A stretch of DNA of 64,000 nucleotides. Origin: Terriglobia bacterium (lineage in GTDB: Bacteria > Acidobacteriota > Polarisedimenticolia > Polarisedimenticolales > JAIQFR01). The position numbers and the translations under genes were made by a program. The notes beneath the pieces were generated by a model, which worked only from the letters and a program-made list of their open reading frames with translations, did not search any database and had not been told where the DNA came from. The stretch spans positions 224,001 through 288,000 of the forward strand of contig CAVVHE010000004.1 of assembly GCA_963748015.1 (NCBI GenBank), read 5' to 3'. Positions 1-11,133 of this stretch are shown one piece after another (positions within the stretch are counted from its first letter, which is position 1; each line of letters begins with the position of its first letter).

Positions 1-374
1 TCGGAGTCGTTCGCCTGGTCCGCGGAGAGGACCAGGCCGATGATCTGGGTCTCGCAGGCCCACCCTTCGGGGAAGAGCGGACGCAGCGGACGGTCGATCA
101 TCCGCGAGGTCAGCACTTCCTTCTCGTTCGGCCGGCCCTCGCGACGGAAGAACCCGCCGGGGATCTTGCCCGCGGCGTAGGTGTTCTCGCGGTAGTCCAC
201 GGTGAGGGGCAGGAAGTCCACCCCCTCGCGGGGCTTCTTCGCGGCGCAGGCCGTGACCAGCACGACCGTGTCGCCGAGACGGATCGTCACCGCGCCGTCG
301 GCCTGGCGCGCCACGTTGCCGGTCTCGATGATGAGCCGCTGCCCTCCGATCTCGACTTCCTTGCGTACGATCAA
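1..374 (-). CDS. pnp: Polyribonucleotide nucleotidyltransferase (PNPase), N-terminal part; runs off the window edge
   Basis: Manual translation from TTG at 374 (GGAGG RBS upstream) gives [29 protein letters not shown]...[30 protein letters not shown]...[13 protein letters not shown]; lies downstream of rpsO. Confidence 0.97.
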   Translation of the reverse strand, partial: MIVRKEVEIGGQRLIIETGNVARQADGAVTIRLGDTVVLVTACAAKKPREGVDFLPLTVDYRENTYAAGKIPGGFFRREGRPNEKEVLTSRMIDRPLRPLFPEGWACETQIIGLVLSADQANDS

Positions 375-506
375 TGTCTTGACCTCCCAACGATGACGGA
401 CGGGATTCGGGTCAAAGGGCAAGCCGGCCTCCGGGAGACGCACCGCTGCGACGCGGCGCGCCCTCGTTCTGCCGCAGCGCCTGCCGGGTCCGGGAAGAGC
501 AAGGGG

Positions 507-776
507 CTACTTTCGGATGCCGAGCCGGCCGATGATCCGCTGGTAGCGTTCAAAGTCCTTGCGCTTGAGGTAGTCGAGCAGGCGGCGTCGCTTGCCGACC
601 ATCTTGAGGAGACCCTGCCGGGAGTGGTGATCCTTGGCGTGCGCCTTGAAATGCTCGGTCAGGTGCTCGATTCGCTTGGTGAGAAGTGCGATCTGGACTT
701 CGGGGGACCCCGTGTCCGTTTCCGTCATGCGGAAGCTGGTGATGACCTCGGTCTTGTGCTCACGGTTCAGGGGCAC
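507..776 (-). CDS. rpsO: 30S ribosomal protein S15 (89 aa)
   Basis: [13 protein letters not shown]...[26 protein letters not shown] start at 776 with GAGGAGG RBS. Confidence 0.98.
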   Translation of the reverse strand: MPLNREHKTEVITSFRMTETDTGSPEVQIALLTKRIEHLTEHFKAHAKDHHSRQGLLKMVGKRRRLLDYLKRKDFERYQRIIGRLGIRK

Positions 777-948
777 CGCGTGTCCTCCTCCGGCGCCGCC
801 GGCGTTCGCGGACGGGCCAGATTGCGTTGTTGCTCCGGGGCGAAACCCCCGCCCCGACCGTCGAAAAATACCACGGCGGCTCGATTCCGGCAAGGAAGCC
901 AAGGGGAGGCGCAGGACGCGCCGGGAGGCCCGGCCGGGCAGGCGCTCG

Positions 949-1842
949 CTAGGAACTCGAGGCGAGCACCACTCGCGGATGGACGGTTCCCGCGATGACC
1001 TCGCCCATGCCGAGAAGGGCGGGGGCAGGGGAGAGGACGCGAACCGTCCCGGAAGCGGGCGAGCCGCCGGGAAGCGGTACCGCCAGGCCGGACGAGAAGC
1101 GGGCGCAGGAGCCGCCGTCGGGGAGGGTGACCGCCGGAGGCTCGAGGGGCATGGCTTCCAGGGGAACGATCGCCGCGGCGAGCGCGCCGGTTGCCTCGAG
1201 GCCGTCCACGGCGGCCGCGTCCTCGACCGCCATCGGACCGATGGCGAGGCGTCTCAAGGCGGCGAGCGCGGCGCCGCAGCCGAGGGCGGCGCCAAGGTCG
1301 CGCGCGATCGCGCGAATGTAGGTCCCGGCCGAGACCTCCGCCTCCACCGCCCAGTCCTCGGGGGAAGGTCCCGGCGTGAGCTCGAGACGGAAGATCTCGA
1401 CGTGGGCCGGCGGGGCCTCCACCTTCCGGCCGCTGCGCGCAAGCCGGTAGAGGCGCTTCCCCTCGACCCTCCGCGCGGAGACCGCGGGAGGCACCTGGGC
1501 GATGCGGCCGACGAGATGCCTGGCCGCCTCGCGCACCTCCTCCGGGGAGGGGAGCGGCCCCTCGTGCCGCGAGACGACGGAGCCGGTCACATCGTCGGTG
1601 GCGGTCGTCACCCCGAGGCGGATGCGCCCGGCGTAGAGCTTCGGAGAGTGCGGGAGGAAGCGGACGAGACGCGTGGCCCGTCCGAGGACCAGGGGAAGCA
1701 GCCCGGAAGCCATCGGATCGAGCGTGCCGGCGTGGCCGATCCTGGATTGCCGCGTGATCCGGCGCACGATGTCGACGACGTCGTGGCTGGTCGGGCCTTC
1801 GGGCTTGTCCACGAGGAGGAGCCCCTCGGGGAGCCGCATCAA
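949..1842 (-). CDS. truB: tRNA pseudouridine(55) synthase
   Basis: [26 protein letters not shown] and [14 protein letters not shown] motifs; follows rbfA. Confidence 0.97.
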   Translation of the reverse strand: MMRLPEGLLLVDKPEGPTSHDVVDIVRRITRQSRIGHAGTLDPMASGLLPLVLGRATRLVRFLPHSPKLYAGRIRLGVTTATDDVTGSVVSRHEGPLPSPEEVREAARHLVGRIAQVPPAVSARRVEGKRLYRLARSGRKVEAPPAHVEIFRLELTPGPSPEDWAVEAEVSAGTYIRAIARDLGAALGCGAALAALRRLAIGPMAVEDAAAVDGLEATGALAAAIVPLEAMPLEPPAVTLPDGGSCARFSSGLAVPLPGGSPASGTVRVLSPAPALLGMGEVIAGTVHPRVVLASSS

Positions 1843-2228
1843 GGCTCGCTCCCGCCGCCCTCGTCGCCGTCGCCCCCGGGCTCCTTGTCCGCCGCGATCT
1901 CGCGCAACAGGGCGTCCACGCGGAAGCCGGAGTCGAGCGAAGGATCCGCCTCGAAGTGGATCTCCGGCGCGTACCGGAGCCGGGTCTCGCGCGCCAGCGC
2001 CCGTCGCAGGAACGGCGCGGCGTGCGCGAGCGCCTTCCCCGCCTCCGCGCGAGGGGCCGCGCCGCCGAGCACCGAGAAGTACACGCGCGCGTGCTTCAGG
2101 TCGGGGCTCATCTTCACGTCGGTCAGGGTGACGAACCCGATGCGGGGATCGCGCACCTCCTCCCGGAGGAGTCGCGCGAGGATCTCGCGGATCACGTCCG
2201 CCATTCTCTCGGCCCGGTGGGTGGTCAT
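1839..2228 (-). CDS. rbfA: Ribosome-binding factor A
   Basis: [15 protein letters not shown]...[28 protein letters not shown]...[12 protein letters not shown] (the C-terminal part of the 1839..5879 ORF). Confidence 0.96.
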   Translation of the reverse strand: MTTHRAERMADVIREILARLLREEVRDPRIGFVTLTDVKMSPDLKHARVYFSVLGGAAPRAEAGKALAHAAPFLRRALARETRLRYAPEIHFEADPSLDSGFRVDALLREIAADKEPGGDGDEGGGSEP

Positions 2229-2554
2229 CGCCAGTCGCCCTCCCAGCCGCCGGGTCCGCCGTCCGACCCCTCGATGAAGTCCCGGCCCGTCTCGATCACT
2301 TCGCCGGGAACCTGGCTTTCGGCCTCGCGCTGGACGGCGTCGAACAACATCTCGAGAACCTCGCGCCGCGACGCCACCGAGACCACCGCCAGAGTCCCGC
2401 GCTGCCAGAGATCGGCGTGCTCCTCGAGCTCGCTCACCGCGACGTTGTGACGGGCGCGCAGGCGGTCCTTGAGCCGTCGGACGACCTGCCTCTTGTCCTT
2501 GAGCGAGCGGGCGCCCGGGAGATGAAGCTCGAGGGTGAAGACGCCAACGGTCAT
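2225..2554 (-). CDS. DUF503 (YlxP-like) protein
   Basis: [28 protein letters not shown]...DLWQR; usual position between infB and rbfA. Confidence 0.92.
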   Translation of the reverse strand: MTVGVFTLELHLPGARSLKDKRQVVRRLKDRLRARHNVAVSELEEHADLWQRGTLAVVSVASRREVLEMLFDAVQREAESQVPGEVIETGRDFIEGSDGGPGGWEGDWR

Positions 2555-2560
2555 GCGGGC

Positions 2561-5149
2561 CTACAGCGTTTGCCCGGCCACCTTCTCGACGGTGAAGAAC
2601 TCGATGACGTCGCCTTCCTTGAGGTCGTTGAAGTTCGCGATGCCGATGCCGCACTCGAACCCCTGCTTGACCTCGGAGACGTCGTCCTTGAAGCGCTTGA
2701 GGCTCGCGAGCTTCCCGGTGTAGATGACCACGTTGTCGCGGATGAGGCGCACGTCCACGGTCCTGACGCCCTTCCCGTCCGTGAGAAGGCAGCCGGCGAC
2801 CGTGCCGACCTTCGAGATCCGGAACAGCTGGCGGACCTCGGCCTGGCCCAGCACGACTTCCTTCAGGGTGGGCTCGAGCATGCCGACCATCGCCTGCCGG
2901 ACGTCGTTGATGACCTCGTAGATGATCGTGTAGAGACGGATCTCGACTTCTTCCTGCCTCGCGAGCTCCGCCGTGGCGCGGTCGGGCCGGACGTTGAACC
3001 CGACGACGATCGCGTTGGATGCCGCGGCGAGCAGCACGTCCGCCTGCGTGATCGCGCCGGTCGAGGCGCGGAGCACGGAGACCCGGACCTTGCCGGAGGG
3101 AATCTCTCCCAGCGACTTCTGCAGCGCCTCGAGGGAGCCCTGGACGTCCGCCTTGAGGAGGATCGGGAGCTCCTTGGCCACGCCCTCCGCGATGTCGCGA
3201 GAGAGGCTCTCGAGCGTCCGCCGCGACGACTTGGCGAGCGCCGCCACCCGCGCCTTCTCCTGCCGGGCCTGCCCGATCTGGCGGGCCTTCTGCTCGTCCG
3301 CGACCGATTGGAACAGGTCTCCGGCCGTCGGCTCGCTGGAGAATCCCATGACTTCCACCGGGGAAGAGGGGCCGGCCTCCTCGACGCGGCGGCCGTTCTC
3401 GTCGTACATCGCGCGAACCTTGCCGAACGCGGATCCCGCGATGAACGGATCGCCCACGCGCAGGGTGCCCTGCTGTACGAGGAGGGTCGCCACGATCCCG
3501 CGCGCGCGGTCGAGCTTCGCCTCGAGGACGACGCCGGTCGCGAGCTTGTCGGCGTTGGCCTTGAGGTCCTGGATGTCCGCCACGAGGAGGACCATCTCCA
3601 GCAGCTCCGCGAGGCCGACCCGCTTCTTGGCGGAAACCTCGCAGGAGACCGTCTGCCCGCCGTACTCCTCGACGAGAAGGCCCTGGTCCGAGAGCTGCTG
3701 CTTCACCCGGTCGGCGCGAGCCTCGGGCTTGTCGATCTTGTTGACCGCCACGACGATGGGCACGCCCGCCGCCCTGGCGTGATCGATCGCCTCGATCGTC
3801 TGGGGCTTCACGCCGTCGTCCGCGGCGACGACGAGGACGACGATGTCCGTCACGCGCGCGCCCCTGGCCCGCATCATCGTGAACGCCTCGTGCCCCGGCG
3901 TGTCGAGGAACGTGATCTTCCGGCCGCGCTCGGTGACCTGGTAAGCGCCGATGTGCTGGGTGATGCCGCCGTGCTCCGTGCTCACGACGTTGGTCACGCG
4001 GATGGCGTCGAGAAGCGATGTCTTGCCGTGGTCCACGTGGCCCATGACCGTGACGACGGGCGGACGAGGCGTCAGCTTGTCCGGCGCGTCGGCGGGCGCT
4101 TCCCGCTCGCCGGCGAGCGACGCGTGCTGAACCTCTTCCTCGAAGGTCACGATCGTGGCCTCGGAGCCGAACTCCTTGGCGAGTTCCACGGCGACCGTGG
4201 GATCGAGAGGCTGGTTGATGTTCGCCAGCACCCCCCTGGCCATCAGCTTCGCGATGATGTCCTTCGACTTGCGGTTGAGCTTCTCGGCGAGCTCCTTGAC
4301 CGTCACGGTCTCGGACAGGCTGATCTTCTCGGGAACCGGCGGGAGGTCGGGCTTCTGGCGCGCCACCGGCGGCGGAAGCGTTTCGTCGGTCTTCTTCCGG
4401 CGACCCCCCGCCGAAGGGGCGGGCCCGGGCGCGGGACGGCCCGGAATGGGGGGGCGGCCGGGGACCGCCGGACGCGGGGCGACGCCCGGACGTGCGACGA
4501 CGCCCGGACGCGGGGCCTCCGTGCGGACCGGCGGCATGGCGCGCGGGGGAGCGGTACGTCCCGCGGCCTGCGCGGCGCGAATGGAGCTCAGCGAGGGAAT
4601 GCGTTTCGCGGCGAACACACGGGGATGCCTGACTTCCGGCACGGCCGGAGCCGCGGGACGCGCCTCGGGCTCGGCGGCGGGCGCGGCACCCGGCTCGGCG
4701 GCCGAAGGCTCGATCGCTGCCGGAGCGTGAGCCAGGGCATCGTCCGCCGGCGCCGCCGCCAGCGGCAACTCGGTCCCGATCTCGGCGAGGGCCGGCTCGA
4801 CCGCGACCGCGGGCAGCGGCTCGGGCTCGACGTCGGCAGCCGGCGGCGCGGCCTCCGCGCCGGCGGCCGCTCGAAGCTCCTCCACCGCGGGGCGGGACGC
4901 GGCGTCGGCGGCGCTCGCACGCGCTTCCTCGGCGACCCGTTGCTCGTCGCGGCGGCGCTCGTCGAAGATGCGCTTCTTTTCCGCCTCGATGGCGGTGAAG
5001 AGCCTCCGTCGGACCAACTCGGCAGTCTCGTCGTCGAGGGCGCTGAGGTCGGACTTCACCTCCCGGCCCATGCGGTCCAGCAGCTCCAGGATCAGAGCGC
5101 TCTGGACCTTGAGCTCCTTCGCGAGTTGATAAACCCTGACGTCCGCCAT
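2561..5149 (-). CDS. infB: Translation initiation factor IF-2
   Basis: N-terminal [46 protein letters not shown]-terminal [20 protein letters not shown]. Confidence 0.99.
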   Translation of the reverse strand: MADVRVYQLAKELKVQSALILELLDRMGREVKSDLSALDDETAELVRRRLFTAIEAEKKRIFDERRRDEQRVAEEARASAADAASRPAVEELRAAAGAEAAPPAADVEPEPLPAVAVEPALAEIGTELPLAAAPADDALAHAPAAIEPSAAEPGAAPAAEPEARPAAPAVPEVRHPRVFAAKRIPSLSSIRAAQAAGRTAPPRAMPPVRTEAPRPGVVARPGVAPRPAVPGRPPIPGRPAPGPAPSAGGRRKKTDETLPPPVARQKPDLPPVPEKISLSETVTVKELAEKLNRKSKDIIAKLMARGVLANINQPLDPTVAVELAKEFGSEATIVTFEEEVQHASLAGEREAPADAPDKLTPRPPVVTVMGHVDHGKTSLLDAIRVTNVVSTEHGGITQHIGAYQVTERGRKITFLDTPGHEAFTMMRARGARVTDIVVLVVAADDGVKPQTIEAIDHARAAGVPIVVAVNKIDKPEARADRVKQQLSDQGLLVEEYGGQTVSCEVSAKKRVGLAELLEMVLLVADIQDLKANADKLATGVVLEAKLDRARGIVATLLVQQGTLRVGDPFIAGSAFGKVRAMYDENGRRVEEAGPSSPVEVMGFSSEPTAGDLFQSVADEQKARQIGQARQEKARVAALAKSSRRTLESLSRDIAEGVAKELPILLKADVQGSLEALQKSLGEIPSGKVRVSVLRASTGAITQADVLLAAASNAIVVGFNVRPDRATAELARQEEVEIRLYTIIYEVINDVRQAMVGMLEPTLKEVVLGQAEVRQLFRISKVGTVAGCLLTDGKGVRTVDVRLIRDNVVIYTGKLASLKRFKDDVSEVKQGFECGIGIANFNDLKEGDVIEFFTVEKVAGQTL

Positions 5150-5167
5150 TCCGGCTCCGTTCACCCG

Positions 5168-6637
5168 TTACGCCCCGTCCCCGGTAGGGGGCAGCGAGCC
5201 CTCGTGGGGCTCTTCCCCGTCCTGGGAGGCGGCTTCCTCGTCTTCTTCCGATACCGGCTCGTCGGCGCCGGGCTCCTCGCCCTCCGCCCCGGCGGCCTGC
5301 TCCTCGGCGGCCCGCGCCGCGGCCTCGGCTTCGGCCGCGGCCTCGGCTTCGGCCTCCGCGGCGAGCCGGGCCTCGAGCGCGACCTCGGCGGCGTCGTGGA
5401 TCGCGATCGCGGACTTCTCGCCGATTCCCTCGATGCTGGTCAGATCCTCGAGCGAGGCGAGCGCGACCTCCTCGACGCTGCGGAACCCCGCGTCGAGCAG
5501 GCGCGACGCGATGGCGGTCCCGATGCCCGGGAGGCTCGCCAGCTCCCGGCTCGCCTCCGCCATCCGCTCCATCTCCGCCTCGACCTCGGCCTTCTTCTCC
5601 GCCTCGCTCTTGATGTCCAGCCTCCAGCCCACGAGCTTGCTGGCCAGGCGGACGTTCTGCCCCTTCTTGCCGATCGCGAGGGAGAGCTGGTCCTCCGAGA
5701 CGATCACCTCCATCTCGCGAGTCTCGTAGTCCCTGACCGTCACGCGGTTGATCGAGGCCGGGCTCAGGGCGTGCCGCACGTACTGGGAAGGATCGTCGTC
5801 GTACTGGACGATGTCGATCTTCTCGCCGCGAAGCTCCCGGATCACGGCCTGGACGCGCGACCCCTTCATGCCGACGCACGCGCCCACCGGGTCGACGTCG
5901 CGCTCCTTGGAGCGCACCGAGACCTTGCTACGCTCGCCCGCGTCGCGGGCGACGCTGACGATGATCACGGTGCCGTCGTAGATCTCCGGCACCTCCATCT
6001 CGAAGAGCTTCTTGACCAGCAGCTCGCTGGCGCGGGAGAGGGTCAGCTGCGGTCCCTTCCCCTGGCGCTCCACGTTCACGAGGACCGCCCGGATGCGGTC
6101 GCCGGGGTTGTAGTGCTCGGCCCGCGACTGCTCGCGCCGGGGGATCACCGCCTCGGTCCGCCCGAGGTCCACCATCATGTCGCCCCGATCGAAGCGCTTC
6201 GCCTGCCCGGTGAGGAGCTCGCCGATCCGGTCGCCGTACTCGCGCCAGACCAGCTCCCGCTCGGCTTCCTTCACCTTCTGATAGATGACTTGCTTCGCAG
6301 CCTGCGCGGCGATGCGGGTCAGCGGCAGCTCGGCGTGCTCCTTCACCGTCTCGAAGACCGTTCCGACCTCGGCGTCCGGCCGGATCACGCGGGCGTCCTC
6401 GAGGAGGATCTCGGTGACGGGATCCAGGAACTCCTCGTCCGCCACGACGGTCTGGCGGGAGAAGAGCACGAACCGGCCGCTCTCGCGATCGAAGCGCGCG
6501 GCGAAGTCCTCCTTGCTGTGGTAGTACTTCCGCGACGCGGCGGCGTAAGCTTCCTCGACCGCCTGGATGATGATCTCGGCGTCGATTCCCTTTTCGCGGC
6601 CTATTTGCTCGATGGTCTGGAACAGTTCGCTGCTCAT
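5168..6637 (-). CDS. nusA: Transcription termination/antitermination factor NusA
   Basis: [48 protein letters not shown]-terminal HhH repeats; start placed at MSSELF. Confidence 0.98.
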   Translation of the reverse strand: MSSELFQTIEQIGREKGIDAEIIIQAVEEAYAAASRKYYHSKEDFAARFDRESGRFVLFSRQTVVADEEFLDPVTEILLEDARVIRPDAEVGTVFETVKEHAELPLTRIAAQAAKQVIYQKVKEAERELVWREYGDRIGELLTGQAKRFDRGDMMVDLGRTEAVIPRREQSRAEHYNPGDRIRAVLVNVERQGKGPQLTLSRASELLVKKLFEMEVPEIYDGTVIIVSVARDAGERSKVSVRSKERDVDPVGACVGMKGSRVQAVIRELRGEKIDIVQYDDDPSQYVRHALSPASINRVTVRDYETREMEVIVSEDQLSLAIGKKGQNVRLASKLVGWRLDIKSEAEKKAEVEAEMERMAEASRELASLPGIGTAIASRLLDAGFRSVEEVALASLEDLTSIEGIGEKSAIAIHDAAEVALEARLAAEAEAEAAAEAEAAARAAEEQAAGAEGEEPGADEPVSEEDEEAASQDGEEPHEGSLPPTGDGA

Positions 6638-6770
6638 GGAAGCCCTGTTCTCCGATCTCCGGTCCGCCTTACGCCCCGAGTAGTAGGCTCCCCACGGAAC
6701 CCCGCGTACGCGACCCGTCGGGTCGCAACGATCCCCGCGCGCGCCGTCCCTTCTCGCGCGTCCGAGTATT

Positions 6771-7331
6771 TCAGGACGATGGCCCTCCAACTATACCACG
6801 GCGGTCCCGTTTTCCGCGGGACCGCGCCTTCCCGGCCGGGGCGTGCAGGTCCGCCTCCACGTCCTGCCGGGCCGATGCCACCGCACGCCTCGGGACGACG
6901 ATCTCCTCGCCCGCCGCGCTCTCGATCCTGAGGTCTTTCCCGGACAGGCCGCGAAGGATGCCACGGAACTCGACGCCCCCCTGGACCTTCTCCGACGTCT
7001 CGACGCGAACCGGCCTCCCGGTGTTCCGCCGGACGTCGTCGTCCGTCACGATCGGCCGCTCCACCCCCGGGGACGAGACCTGGAGCTCGAAGGAGTCCTG
7101 GAACAGCTCCAAGGCGTCGAGCTCCGTCTCGATCGCGCGGCTCGCCCGCTCGCAGTCGTCGATCGATATCCCCGGAAGGCCCGCGCGGTCGAGGTCGATT
7201 CGAAGCAGCGTGTACTTCCCCTGCCGGCGGAAGACGACGTCCACCACCTCGAGGCCGAGGGGGGACACGACCCCCTGCGCCACGCGGCGGACCTCTTCCG
7301 CGACCCTCTCCGTCGACCCGGCCAAAAACAC
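6771..7331 (-). CDS. rimP: Ribosome maturation factor RimP
   Basis: GISIDDCERASRAI...LD...LQVSSPGVERPI; first gene of the nusA operon. Confidence 0.95.
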   Translation of the reverse strand: MFLAGSTERVAEEVRRVAQGVVSPLGLEVVDVVFRRQGKYTLLRIDLDRAGLPGISIDDCERASRAIETELDALELFQDSFELQVSSPGVERPIVTDDDVRRNTGRPVRVETSEKVQGGVEFRGILRGLSGKDLRIESAAGEEIVVPRRAVASARQDVEADLHAPAGKARSRGKRDRRGIVGGPSS

Positions 7332-7340
7332 CTCCGGACC

Positions 7341-7366
7341 AAAAAAAAAGTGGGCCTGAGCCCACC
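7341..7366 (-). promoter_or_regulatory. rimP leader: terminator-like attenuator hairpin
   Basis: Minus strand GTGGGC-TCAG-GCCCAC followed by a T-run just upstream of the rimP start; resembles known rimP-leader hairpins. Confidence 0.7.
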
Positions 7367-7742
7367 CTCGAAGCGGTCCAGCGAACCGGATCTTACCCCA
7401 TCGGCGGGGAGCAACGCAACACGGCCCCCGCTCCTGCCAACGACGCGCCTTCTCCAGAAGAAAACGCTATCGCCGGCCGCCGCGGGTGTGGTAATTTCGC
7501 AACCCAACGGGCGGCGGGGCGCCGGCCGGGAGGTTCGATCGCCAAAGCGGACCACGAAAACGCCGTCGCCCGGGAATTTCGGCAGGCGGTGGCCCGAGAC
7601 GGCGGATTTGCACGTTTTGGACGGATGGCGCGGCGGGACGGCGCTTCCGGAGGCTGTCGGCTCGGTTTTCTTGGCGGCGGTTCGATCGGGGTCGCGGAGG
7701 AGGCTCGGTGACACAACCAACGGTCCACTTGGAGGGGCATGA

Positions 7743-10337
7743 ATGATGAGATTCAAGACGGGCTGGATTCTCCTGGCGTGCGCGCTGCTCGCGGCGGCGC
7801 CCGCCCTGGCGGCCACGCGCTACGTGAGCCCGACGGGGTCGGACGGCGGGAACCCCGAGAACGACTGCACGGCTCAGGGAACTCCGTGCAAGACCATTCA
7901 GCACGCGGTCATCGTGGCCGCGTCCACCGGAGACGTCATCCGCGTCTTCCCGGGAACCTACAACGAGTGCGTGGACGCGAGCGCGAAGGCGATCGACTTC
8001 ATCGCCGATGCCATCGAGACCGCGAATCCTCCGAGCCGGGCCGTCACGATCATCGACGGGACCGGCGTGTGCGGCGGCAGGGTCTGCCTGAACGCCCCGG
8101 CAACCTCCTGCCTGCTCGCGAGCGCCTGCGCGGGGACCTGCGAGATCGCGGAGGGGGAGACCGAGGGCACGTGCTCGAACCTCGAGGCGGCCTGCGCGGG
8201 AGACCAGGATTGCGGGGACCCGTGCGTCAACATCGGGCACTGCAGCGCGACGACGGCGACGGTCTGCGCGATGTCGTCGCAGTGCCCCGCGGAAGAAACC
8301 TGCGTCGTCCGGGAGAACAGCGCGCCCACGATCTGGATCGGGGACGGCTCGTCCCTGAAGGGCTTCACGGTGAAGGGCGGAGGAGAAGCGGGCGTCCGGA
8401 CGACCGGATCGACGTTGGTCGAGAAGAACGTGATCACGGGCAACGCCTCCTCGCAGTGGGGCGGGGGACTGAACAGCGACGTCTCGAACGCCTCGGGTCC
8501 CTCGAAGGTCGCGGATCCGATGCTCTGCTGGAGTGAGACGAGCCTCTCGTGCACCAGCGAGGCGAATTGCAGCGTTTGCGAGAAGGACCATGCGATCGAG
8601 TGCACGGACTCCGAGGCCTGCGCTCCCACCGAAGCCGGTGACTGCGTGAGCCTCGGCCCGTGCCTGGTATTCAAGCAGGCGACGATCGACGACAACGAGA
8701 TCAGCGGCAATGTCGCGGCGGACGACGCCGGCGGGCTCAACGTCAACGTCATCGCGGGATACGGCGCCGGCGCGCGCGCCGTGATCACCGCCAACACGAT
8801 CAGCGGGAACACCTCGATCGCTGATGGCGGTGGCGCGTACCTCTACACGTACGCGTATTACGGCGGCAAGGCGGAAAGCAAGATGACGGGCAATACCGTC
8901 TCCTCGAATGCAGCCGACGCCTACGGCGGCGGCATCGCCTCGTGGAACCAATCGTGGGGGGGCGGCGTCAGCCGCGCCGCGATCACGACCAACACGATCG
9001 AGGGGAACTCCGCGGGGGTGGACGGCGGCGGCTCCTGGAGTGGCGTCGGTTACTTCGGGGAATCCTACTACGACGCCGACGACAAATTCGACATCACCGG
9101 CAACACGGTGAGCTCCAACTCGGCCGCGCGGGACGGCGGCGGCATCGCGGTCGCGCTCTGGCGCTCGGCCTACTACGACGTTCTTCCGAAGGCGACGGTG
9201 GAGAGCAACACCGTCGCGGACAACACCTCGGGCCACGCGGGCGGCGGCATCGACCTCTACCTGCAGTCCGTCTTCGCCTTCGACTATCCGGTGGCCGCGG
9301 AGAACGGGATTCTCGCCGACAAGAACACGGTGACCGGGAACACGGCCGGAGAGCTCGGCGGGGGGATCAGCGCGGTCCTGCAGGGCTATTACTCGTTCTC
9401 GATGGACGTCATGCGGGTCGAGCAGAACACCATCCGGGAGAACAGCGCTTCCACGGGCGGCGGCGGGGCGTATCTCGAGACCGATTCGAGCTACATCCTC
9501 GGCGGGAAGCTCCAGAAGGCGCCGCAGCAGTTTCCGTTCCCCAACGAGAGCTCCTTCAGCAACAACCTCCTTCTGGGCAACGTCGCCCACAACGAGGACG
9601 CCACCGGCGTCGGCGGCGGGGCGTTCGTGGTGCTCGTGGCCGGAACGAGCGGCTTCGCGACCGCCGGGATCGACTTCGCGACGATGCAGTCGAACCGCGC
9701 CGACATGGGCGGCGGGGCCGTCGAGGTGGAGGCCGACACCGGGACCGAGGGCGGCGGCATCGCGCTGCTCGGCGTCGCCAACTCCATCGCGGCGAGCAAC
9801 GGTGGGTACGCCATCGGCGGACCCGTTCCCGGTCAGCCCGGCACCTTGGTGCCTTCCAGCAGCGGCGACTTAGAGATCTTCGCGCAATACAGCGACGGCT
9901 ACGACAACTCCTTCGGCGAGTACGAACGCACCCTCACCGACGTCATCGACGCCGGCGACGGGCTCCTGCAGGTCGATCCGATGCTGAACGCGTCGGGCGT
10001 TCCGAATATCTGCTCGCCGACCATCGACGCCGCGGCGCCGCCTCCGGAAGGGGACTTCTCGTTCGAGCCGATGCCGAACGGCTTCCGCGCCAACATGGGG
10101 CACCTCGGCAACACCGCCGGGGCCGTCGCCACGCTGCCTGACGTCAATCTCGACCGCCAGGTGAGCGGGATCGACGTCATCATGATCTCCAACTCTTTCG
10201 GGGCCACGCAGCCGACCGCGAGGATCGTCCTGCCCGACACGCGGTACCTGCTCAACTTGGACATCAACCAGGACGGGGTCATCGACGGCGAAGACCTCGC
10301 TTTCGTGGCCGCCTACTACGGCACCGACTGCCGGTGA
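7743..10337 (+). CDS. Secreted right-handed beta-helix (GGG-repeat) protein with Cys-rich inserts, choice-of-anchor-Q-like region and C-terminal dockerin-like domain
   Basis: Signal peptide ending ALA-A; YVSPTGSD...PCKTIQHAV...GDVIRVFPGTYNE; many N..S.N.A...GGG repeats; SPTIDAA...EPMPNGFRANMG; twin EF-hand-like DVNLDRQVSGID and DINQDGVIDGED. Confidence 0.8.
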   Translation: MMRFKTGWILLACALLAAAPALAATRYVSPTGSDGGNPENDCTAQGTPCKTIQHAVIVAASTGDVIRVFPGTYNECVDASAKAIDFIADAIETANPPSRAVTIIDGTGVCGGRVCLNAPATSCLLASACAGTCEIAEGETEGTCSNLEAACAGDQDCGDPCVNIGHCSATTATVCAMSSQCPAEETCVVRENSAPTIWIGDGSSLKGFTVKGGGEAGVRTTGSTLVEKNVITGNASSQWGGGLNSDVSNASGPSKVADPMLCWSETSLSCTSEANCSVCEKDHAIECTDSEACAPTEAGDCVSLGPCLVFKQATIDDNEISGNVAADDAGGLNVNVIAGYGAGARAVITANTISGNTSIADGGGAYLYTYAYYGGKAESKMTGNTVSSNAADAYGGGIASWNQSWGGGVSRAAITTNTIEGNSAGVDGGGSWSGVGYFGESYYDADDKFDITGNTVSSNSAARDGGGIAVALWRSAYYDVLPKATVESNTVADNTSGHAGGGIDLYLQSVFAFDYPVAAENGILADKNTVTGNTAGELGGGISAVLQGYYSFSMDVMRVEQNTIRENSASTGGGGAYLETDSSYILGGKLQKAPQQFPFPNESSFSNNLLLGNVAHNEDATGVGGGAFVVLVAGTSGFATAGIDFATMQSNRADMGGGAVEVEADTGTEGGGIALLGVANSIAASNGGYAIGGPVPGQPGTLVPSSSGDLEIFAQYSDGYDNSFGEYERTLTDVIDAGDGLLQVDPMLNASGVPNICSPTIDAAAPPPEGDFSFEPMPNGFRANMGHLGNTAGAVATLPDVNLDRQVSGIDVIMISNSFGATQPTARIVLPDTRYLLNLDINQDGVIDGEDLAFVAAYYGTDCR

Positions 10338-10351
10338 CGGGGGGAACAGCG

Positions 10352-10976
10352 ATGAACCGGAACCTGATGAATCGTCTCTCGATCGCGGCCGTCGCGCTGG
10401 TCCTCGTCCTGCCGTTCACCGCCGGGTGCAGCGAGTCCGCCAGTGGCCTCGTCCAGAACCCGCTGGTGGCGAGCTTCAGCGGGGACATGGACCCGATCGT
10501 CGACAACAGCGTCTCGCTCCAGCCGGCCACGGCGGCGGGCTCGAGCGATACCTTCAAGGTGGACGTGGTCGTCGGCGCCATCGACGGCGTGAACGGCGTC
10601 GCCATCAAGATCCACTTCAACAAGTACTTCGTGGAGTTCGTGAGCGGCGACTTCAGCGAGAGCTTCCTCCAGGGAGCGCCTGGCCGGCTACCGAATTCGA
10701 CACCGGGGCGACGCTGTTCGGCCCGGGCGTCGTGGACGTCTATGCCGCGAGGCGAGGCGCCGCGGTGGCCGGCCTCCCGATGGCCGCCGGGGAGACCGGC
10801 GTGCTCTGCACGTTGACCTTCAAGGCGAAAGCCGCGACGGGCTCGAACACCGCCGCCTACGGGGCGCTCACGATTCGACGAAACGGACAACCTGATCCTC
10901 GTCTGTCCCGACGGGCGGCGGCGCCTGCACGCAGGCCACCGTCACCTTCGGGGACGGGCACATGACGGCGCAGTAG
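10352..10976 (+). pseudogene. Cohesin-like lipoprotein with about three apparent frameshifts (pseudogene or sequencing errors)
   Basis: Lipobox TAGC; DTFKVDVVV...GVAIKIHFN...ESFL, then frame changes near 10685, 10873 and 10913 give GVLCTLTFKAKAA, FDETDNLILVC and TVTFGDGHMTAQ*. Confidence 0.65.
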
Positions 10977-11000
10977 CGCGCCGCCGTTCTCCGATTCTCG

Positions 11001-11033
11001 AGGCGCCGGGCCACTGGGCCCGGCGCCTTTTTT
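11001..11033 (+). terminator. Rho-independent terminator
   Basis: AGGCGCCGGGCC-ACTG-GGCCCGGCGCCT followed by TTTTT. Confidence 0.9.
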
Positions 11034-11065
11034 CATGTCGCCGCCGGCGCGCGGCGTTCGCGTGA

Positions 11066-11093
11066 TTGACAGGCGAGGGCCCGCCGGTATGAT
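11066..11093 (+). promoter_or_regulatory. Sigma70-type promoter
   Basis: TTGACA-N16-TATGAT upstream of the 11134 gene. Confidence 0.7.
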
Positions 11094-11133
11094 TCCGCAA
11101 GGGGTTCGACGCGCACCCGGACAAGGAGGGGCC

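Noticed and set aside
777..948. Possible S15 autoregulatory leader
   Set aside because: A hairpin is present but no known leader consensus could be confirmed by eye.
1839..5879. 1346-aa ORF suggesting a giant RbfA fusion
   Set aside because: Only the last 129 aa are RbfA; the rest is an Arg/Gly-rich off-frame read of infB and nusA.
2417..6931. 1504-aa plus-strand ORF, and similar 24186..31298 (2370 aa) and 41186..45649 (1487 aa)
   Set aside because: Antisense shadows of real genes in GC-rich DNA; no recognisable motifs.
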